From IMG/VR virus record IMGVR_UViG_3300032312_000213, positions 1-30,765 of that record: DNA of 30,765 nucleotides. The stretch is one strand, 5' to 3'. This stretch comes from a virus. Taxonomy: Duplodnaviria > Caudoviricetes. The notes below the pieces were generated by a model. That model did not search any database and had not been told where the DNA came from. It saw nothing but the letters and a program-made list of their open reading frames with translations. Within the stretch, counting starts at the first letter, position 1; every line of letters begins with the position of its first letter. Positions 25,697-30,765 of the stretch are shown here, piece by piece. Both the position numbers and the translations under genes were made by a program.

Positions 25697-27481
25697 ATGA
25701 TGCTAGGATTTAGAGACTTTTTAACTGAGGCTGCACCAACAGAAGAAGGTGCAAAACTTAAACACATTACTCACGCTGAGGATCGTCCATTGTTCCACGG
25801 AGCAGACGGATTCAATCATGCGTATAATGCTCTACATGCTGCACACTTCCATACCAAGCAAGGTATGCAGTCAAACAAACTGACAATGAAATACGATGGT
25901 TCGCCATCTATTGTTTATGGTCATCACCCAGAGACTGGTAAATTCTTCGTTGCTTCAAAGTCTGCGTTCAATAAAAATCCAAAGTTAAATTATACACCAG
26001 AAGATATCGAAAAGAATCACGGACATGCTCCAGGTCTTGTAGAAAAACTCAAAGCAGGTCTTGAGCATCTTCCAAAGGTTGCTCCAAAAAGTGGTGTTTA
26101 TCAAGGTGATGTTATGTATACTCATAACGACCTGAAGAAAGAAGGAGACAAAACTTCTTTCACACCAAACACTATCACTTATACTGCATCTGGTGATAAG
26201 TCCAAAGCAATCAATAAGTCAAAAATGGGTGTAGTTACTCATACCAAATACGAAGGTACTAACCTTAGCAACATGCGTGCTACTGGTAATGTTTCTGAGA
26301 GTGAGTTTGGTTCTCATCCAGATATGTTCCATCACACTGCAAGTTATGATGCATCAGGCGCAAAATACTCTGAACAATCTCAACAAAAAGTTCTTAGTGA
26401 ATTATCTAAAGCCAAGCATATTCATGAGACTCAAGGTGATAAGATGTATAAAGCAATTCACCCAGAACATAGTGGTGAATCAGGACATCTAGCAACTTAT
26501 ATCAATCAAACAGTTCGTACTGGAGAAACACCTTCCACTCAAGGATTCTCTGACCATGTTTCTTCACAGATGAAGAAGAAGTTTGATAAGATTAAAACTC
26601 CTGCAAAGAAACAAGAGATTATTGACCACACTGGTAATCAACTCAAACATATTGAAAATAACAAAGAACACTACGACAATCTACTAAAGATGCATGGACA
26701 TCTTGCCAATGCCAAGAATGAATTGGTTAATAGTCTAGAAACAAACGAAGGTTCTTATGCTCATGCCATCGGTGGTGTTGCTTCTAAGCCAGAAGGATTT
26801 GTTTACAATCATACTCACAATGGTGTGACAGAGCCAACCAAGTTGGTCAATCGTGCAGAGTTTGCTCGCCAGAATCTATTAAAGTCTCGTGGTGAACCAA
26901 AACCAGCAGGTGAACAACACCATGTCATGGCATATGGTCGTATGAATCCTCCAACTGCTGGTCACGAAGAAGTTGTTAAGACTATCAAAGACAAAGCCAA
27001 AGAAGTTGGTGGTGGTCATACTCTGATTCTTTCTCACTCTCACGATACAAAAGATGGTAAGAATCCTCTCGATCCAGAGACTAAATTAAAGCACGCAAGA
27101 AATGCATTCCCTGGAACTAACATTGAAGTCGCTTCCAAAGATAAACCAACTGTGCTACAACATGCAGCTGCTTTGCATGCTCAAGGTGTAACTCATCTAC
27201 ACTTTGTTGGTGGTTCAGATCGTAAACCAATGTATGACTTACTCAAGAAGTATAATGGTGTTAAGGGTGCTCATGGTCACTACAACTTTAAAGACATTAC
27301 ATTTAGTTCATCTGGTGAACGAGATGAAAATGCCAAGGGTGTAGCTGGTATCTCTGGAACCAAGTTAAGAGAGTTAGCATCAGCAGGTAAGAAAGAAGAA
27401 TTTCATTCTCATCTATCCTCACAGATGAAACCAGAGCATAAAGATGCTTTGTATAATGATCTTAGAAACGCTATGAAATGA
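25697..27481 (+). CDS. Ligase-like nucleotidyltransferase domain (DUF6267-like) fused to a cytidylyltransferase-like domain
   Basis: N-domain TMKYDGSP, FFVASKS, YQGDVMY, PEGFV, TKLVNRAEF; C-domain YGRMNPPTAGHE, KNPL, VGGSDR, ISGTKLR. Confidence 0.68.
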   Translation: MMLGFRDFLTEAAPTEEGAKLKHITHAEDRPLFHGADGFNHAYNALHAAHFHTKQGMQSNKLTMKYDGSPSIVYGHHPETGKFFVASKSAFNKNPKLNYTPEDIEKNHGHAPGLVEKLKAGLEHLPKVAPKSGVYQGDVMYTHNDLKKEGDKTSFTPNTITYTASGDKSKAINKSKMGVVTHTKYEGTNLSNMRATGNVSESEFGSHPDMFHHTASYDASGAKYSEQSQQKVLSELSKAKHIHETQGDKMYKAIHPEHSGESGHLATYINQTVRTGETPSTQGFSDHVSSQMKKKFDKIKTPAKKQEIIDHTGNQLKHIENNKEHYDNLLKMHGHLANAKNELVNSLETNEGSYAHAIGGVASKPEGFVYNHTHNGVTEPTKLVNRAEFARQNLLKSRGEPKPAGEQHHVMAYGRMNPPTAGHEEVVKTIKDKAKEVGGGHTLILSHSHDTKDGKNPLDPETKLKHARNAFPGTNIEVASKDKPTVLQHAAALHAQGVTHLHFVGGSDRKPMYDLLKKYNGVKGAHGHYNFKDITFSSSGERDENAKGVAGISGTKLRELASAGKKEEFHSHLSSQMKPEHKDALYNDLRNAMK

Positions 27482-27825
27482 AGAAACTATTTTTAGTTCT
27501 AGCAGTAGCATTATCAGGTTGTGCAGTAATATTCCCTAAGCCACATGATCCAGTTATGTTTAATAATCTAATTTACATTCAGATTGACCTAAACAAAACA
27601 ACCTGTGCAGAACCTAAAAACTGGGATACTCTATTAGATCGTGTTAATCATTTAAAGGTTTATACTCACTTTAGAAATGAGCCACAGAGCAAAGCGATTG
27701 ATAGTCTACAGGAAAGTTTGTTGAAGGCGCATAGCAGTAAGAGTGTCACCTTTTGTGAAAGTCTATTAAAACTTAATAAAACTAGAGTGGAAATTACACT
27801 CGATTCATGGAAGGGAAGAAAATGA
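27478..27825 (+). CDS. Putative lipoprotein
   Basis: Signal peptide MKKLFLVLAVA with lipobox LSGC. Confidence 0.7.
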   Translation: MKKLFLVLAVALSGCAVIFPKPHDPVMFNNLIYIQIDLNKTTCAEPKNWDTLLDRVNHLKVYTHFRNEPQSKAIDSLQESLLKAHSSKSVTFCESLLKLNKTRVEITLDSWKGRK

Positions 27826-28058
27826 GTATCTTAAACGAACTACGAGAGCACGCAGGACTTGGTGGTCCAGCTGCATCTTTGGCCAACGAGATTCTGGTTA
27901 TCCGTGAAAACTATGAATCAGGGCAACTAACTGCTGAAGAATACAAATTTCTTCTAAAAGAGATCGCTGAGATCCGTGCCCAGCAAGAATTAGCTTCCGA
28001 TGAGATCTCTATGAGATGGATTATGTCTGTTGCACTAGTGCTATCTGCGGTGATTTAA
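27822..28058 (+). CDS. Hypothetical protein with hydrophobic C-terminus
   Basis: ATGA overlap with the lipoprotein gene; ends WIMSVALVLSAVI. Confidence 0.6.
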   Translation: MSILNELREHAGLGGPAASLANEILVIRENYESGQLTAEEYKFLLKEIAEIRAQQELASDEISMRWIMSVALVLSAVI

Positions 28059-28061
28059 CTC

Positions 28062-28068
28062 CTAAATA
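28062..28068 (+). promoter_or_regulatory. Late-promoter-like CTAAATA
   Basis: Intergenic, about 30 nt before ATG 28100. Confidence 0.5.
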
Positions 28069-28099
28069 AAGATAGAACACATTTTATAGATGGATAAAC

Positions 28100-29800
28100 A
28101 TGAAAAATTACAGACAATTTATTAGACAGTTGCCGACTAATACAGTCGTATGTGCTTTAGGGGAATTTAATCCTCCTACAACAGCACATGAACTTCTAAT
28201 TAAAACAGTACAGGTCGTTTCCGAACAGCGCAAGGCTGATCATATCGTATTTACGGTTCCGACTGAATCCCTCCAAGAAGAAAAGAAATCACAATTCCTT
28301 AACTTAATGTTTCCTAAGGTTAAGATTCAGTCTTTGGGTGAGTCATTCTTTTCCTCTGTAATTAAACAGTTAAACGAAAAATATAAGAATGTAGTTATCA
28401 TCGCTGGCGCAGATCAGTTTGATGAATTTAAGAAATTAAAAGAATCAGCATCGGTTGAGATTATCTCAATCGGTACTAAAGACCCTGATGCAGAAAATGC
28501 TAAAATGAAGCAGATCGCAACTAAGGGTATCTACGAAGACTTTAAGAAGTCACTTCCATCTACCATTCGTGACATTGACGGAAAGCGTCTAATGAATGAA
28601 CTGCGTATTGGCATGGGTGTTGAACCAATAAAAGAAAACATTGTTCTAGTTAAAGACAAACTCCGTGAAAAGTATTTCCGTGGAGAAATATTTAATGTTG
28701 GTCAATTGGTTGAATCAAGCGGACAGCAATATGAAATCGTTAAGCGTGGTTCCAATCACCTATTATTAAAAGACCAAGCAGGAGAACTCGTGTCTAAATG
28801 GATTACTGATGTTTCACAAATTTCTGAAGGTGCTATTCAACCTAATGGCACGGATAAGATTGATACAAATAGTTCAGAGACTTCTGGTAACAATCAAGAA
28901 CAGAAACCAAAAGGTAAGGTAAAGGGATTTTTAACATTCTATAATTACGATGATAAATCTAAAATCGTAAATGAACAAAATAAGATTGATGAACTATCTA
29001 CTGATTTATTAGCGAGATATAAAACAGCAGCATATGCCAGTGCTAAAGTTTCTGATGCAGCTGGTGAATATGCCAAAGGTGACAAGCGTTTTAAAGGTAT
29101 CAACAAAGCAACAAACAAACAATTTGACAATGATCTAAAGAAACATGATCAACTCAAAAAAGAAGAATTAGAAGAAGCCAAAAAGAAACCAGTTTGTCCT
29201 AAGTGTGGTAAGAATGCATGTGAGTGTGGTGAATCTCGTCCAGGAATGGGAACAGAGTTTAATGCATTAGGTGATCCATTCTTTAAAGAAGAATTTGAAT
29301 TAAGTGATTCTGAGATTGAATCAATGATTGAAAAAATTGGTGAAGAAGAATTACTAGGATTAGATGAGCACACTGAGTGGGATTTGGTTTATGAAGATAA
29401 CGATGAAGTTATCCCACCACATCCAGAAGAAGAACAGATTGAACTACTGGAAGTTTTATCTCGTCAAGAAAGAATAAAGGGTAAGATTCGTCTTCGCAGA
29501 ACTCAAGCCAAGCGTACTCGTACAACAAAGATAAATGTTCATCGCTATGCAAATCAAAAAACTATTAATACTCGTGCAAGAAGATTAGCAATTAAACTAA
29601 TCAAACAACGCATGTTGCGTGGTCGTGACCCATCTAAAGTTTCAATCGGTGATAAAGAAAACATTGAGAGACAACTCTCTAAGAGAAAAGACTTGGTAAA
29701 TCGTGTTGCGCAGAAACTTGTTGTTAGAGTTCGTCAAGTTGAAAAGGCACGCATGTCTAAAGGTAAAACTAAAAAAGGCAGCATGCCTTCTGTATTTTAA
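28100..29800 (+). CDS. Multidomain protein with degenerate cytidylyltransferase-like N-domain
   Basis: GEFNPPTTAHE (compare GRMNPPTAGHE in the 25697 protein), LREKYFRGEIFNVG, CPKCGKNACEC, very basic C-terminal domain. Confidence 0.65.
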   Translation: MKNYRQFIRQLPTNTVVCALGEFNPPTTAHELLIKTVQVVSEQRKADHIVFTVPTESLQEEKKSQFLNLMFPKVKIQSLGESFFSSVIKQLNEKYKNVVIIAGADQFDEFKKLKESASVEIISIGTKDPDAENAKMKQIATKGIYEDFKKSLPSTIRDIDGKRLMNELRIGMGVEPIKENIVLVKDKLREKYFRGEIFNVGQLVESSGQQYEIVKRGSNHLLLKDQAGELVSKWITDVSQISEGAIQPNGTDKIDTNSSETSGNNQEQKPKGKVKGFLTFYNYDDKSKIVNEQNKIDELSTDLLARYKTAAYASAKVSDAAGEYAKGDKRFKGINKATNKQFDNDLKKHDQLKKEELEEAKKKPVCPKCGKNACECGESRPGMGTEFNALGDPFFKEEFELSDSEIESMIEKIGEEELLGLDEHTEWDLVYEDNDEVIPPHPEEEQIELLEVLSRQERIKGKIRLRRTQAKRTRTTKINVHRYANQKTINTRARRLAIKLIKQRMLRGRDPSKVSIGDKENIERQLSKRKDLVNRVAQKLVVRVRQVEKARMSKGKTKKGSMPSVF

Positions 29801-29811
29801 GGAAAGAAAAA

Positions 29812-30765
29812 ATGTTATCATTTGATCAATTTTTAAATCCAATTTGCGAAACTGCTGATGCAGGGTTAGCGTCAAAAGCCAGTAAATCTGGTATATCAAT
29901 TGGCACATTACGCAAGGTATATCGTCGTGGTGTTGCTGCATGGAACTCTGGTCATCGTCCAGGAACTACTCCACAACAATGGGGTATGGCTCGTGTGAAC
30001 TCTTACATTGGTAAAGGTTCTGGTACTTATCATGGTGCTGATAAAGATCTCCGTGAAGAAGAATTACAAGAAAAGAAACTACCTGAAGTACCAAAGGATA
30101 AAGAGTCTGGTCTACCAAAGAAGTATGTTGCTGGTTTATCTGCTTCAACTGCAAAAGCCAGAGCAGCACACTTTGATAAGATGGATAAGAAAAGCGATAG
30201 CGATCCATCCGCATATGAACCAGCACCTGGAGATGCAAACGCTAAAACTAAACTAAGCAAACATACACTAAAGTATCGTGCGATGTTTGGTGAAGACATG
30301 GATGAAGAGTTATATGAAGCATGTTGGGATACTCACAAACAAATTGGTATGAAAAAGAAAGGTAACCGCATGGTTCCTGACTGCGTACCAAAGAATGAAG
30401 AATTAGAAGCACAGTTTGATCTTATCGAATCAGTTGTTGAAGAACTAGCACTGTTACACAACTTAGACTCAGAATACATCTGGGAAAAGTTTGAGCAGTT
30501 TAGCGATGAAGAGTTACTAGAGTATGCAGTTGATGCCAAAGGACACAAGAGTTCTACTGGTGGTCTGACTCAAAAAGGTCGTGATGCATACAATGCTAAG
30601 GGTGCTAATCTACAAGCACCAGTTACTACTGCACCTTCCAAGTTAAAAGCTGGAAGCAAAGCAGCAAATCGTAGAAAGTCTTTCTGTGCACGAATGGGTG
30701 GCATGGAAGGTCCAATGAAGAAACCAAACGGAGAGCCAACTCGTAAAGCTCTCGCACTAAGAAAG
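29812..30765 (+). CDS. Modular hypothetical protein, runs off the window (missing from the ORF track)
   Basis: Frame 1 open for 318 codons: MLSFDQFL..VYRRGVAAWNSGHRPGTTPQQWGMARVNSY..ACWDTHKQIGMKKKGNRMVPDCVP..GGLTQKGR..RRKSFCARM; SD aagga. Confidence 0.85.
   Translation, partial: MLSFDQFLNPICETADAGLASKASKSGISIGTLRKVYRRGVAAWNSGHRPGTTPQQWGMARVNSYIGKGSGTYHGADKDLREEELQEKKLPEVPKDKESGLPKKYVAGLSASTAKARAAHFDKMDKKSDSDPSAYEPAPGDANAKTKLSKHTLKYRAMFGEDMDEELYEACWDTHKQIGMKKKGNRMVPDCVPKNEELEAQFDLIESVVEELALLHNLDSEYIWEKFEQFSDEELLEYAVDAKGHKSSTGGLTQKGRDAYNAKGANLQAPVTTAPSKLKAGSKAANRRKSFCARMGGMEGPMKKPNGEPTRKALALRK

Noticed and set aside
498-30548. All minus-strand ORFs and short alternative-frame plus-strand ORFs in the track
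   Set aside because: They are shadows of well-supported plus-strand genes and have no recognisable motifs
1-30765. Stop-codon reassignment
   Set aside because: Conserved genes are full length in the standard code and end with TAA, TAG and TGA

Overview
A 30.8 kb, entirely plus-strand segment of a T4-like (Tevenvirinae/cyanophage-like) myophage genome, read in the standard genetic code. It carries the core replication module: CobS/MoxR AAA ATPase, gp45 clamp (split here by a frameshift), gp44/gp62 clamp loader, RegA, Hsp20, gp30 ligase, DexA-like exonuclease, gp43 polymerase, thioredoxin, UvsX and gp41 helicase. Small early genes behind sigma70-type promoters are interspersed. Directly after the helicase lies a compact candidate DNA-hypermodification operon (17944-22569): TET/JBP-type 2OG-Fe(II) dioxygenase, class II glutamine amidotransferase, GNAT acetyltransferase, aGPT-PPlase/amino acid:DNA transferase, an unknown protein and a P-loop kinase. 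Several of these enzymes end in the same clamp-binding-like peptide as the polymerase (SLEDFFG / ALEEFFG / SLEEFLL), suggesting replisome-tethered base modification. The right end holds probable late, head-packaged proteins with T4 internal-protein-like N-termini and protease-site-like acidic linkers. Non-coding highlights are a repeated palindrome upstream of early promoters, a structured ~200 nt hsp20 leader with two candidate pseudoknots, and a perfect sigma70 promoter inside a coding sequence. All assignments come from motif recognition and synteny; no searches were run.
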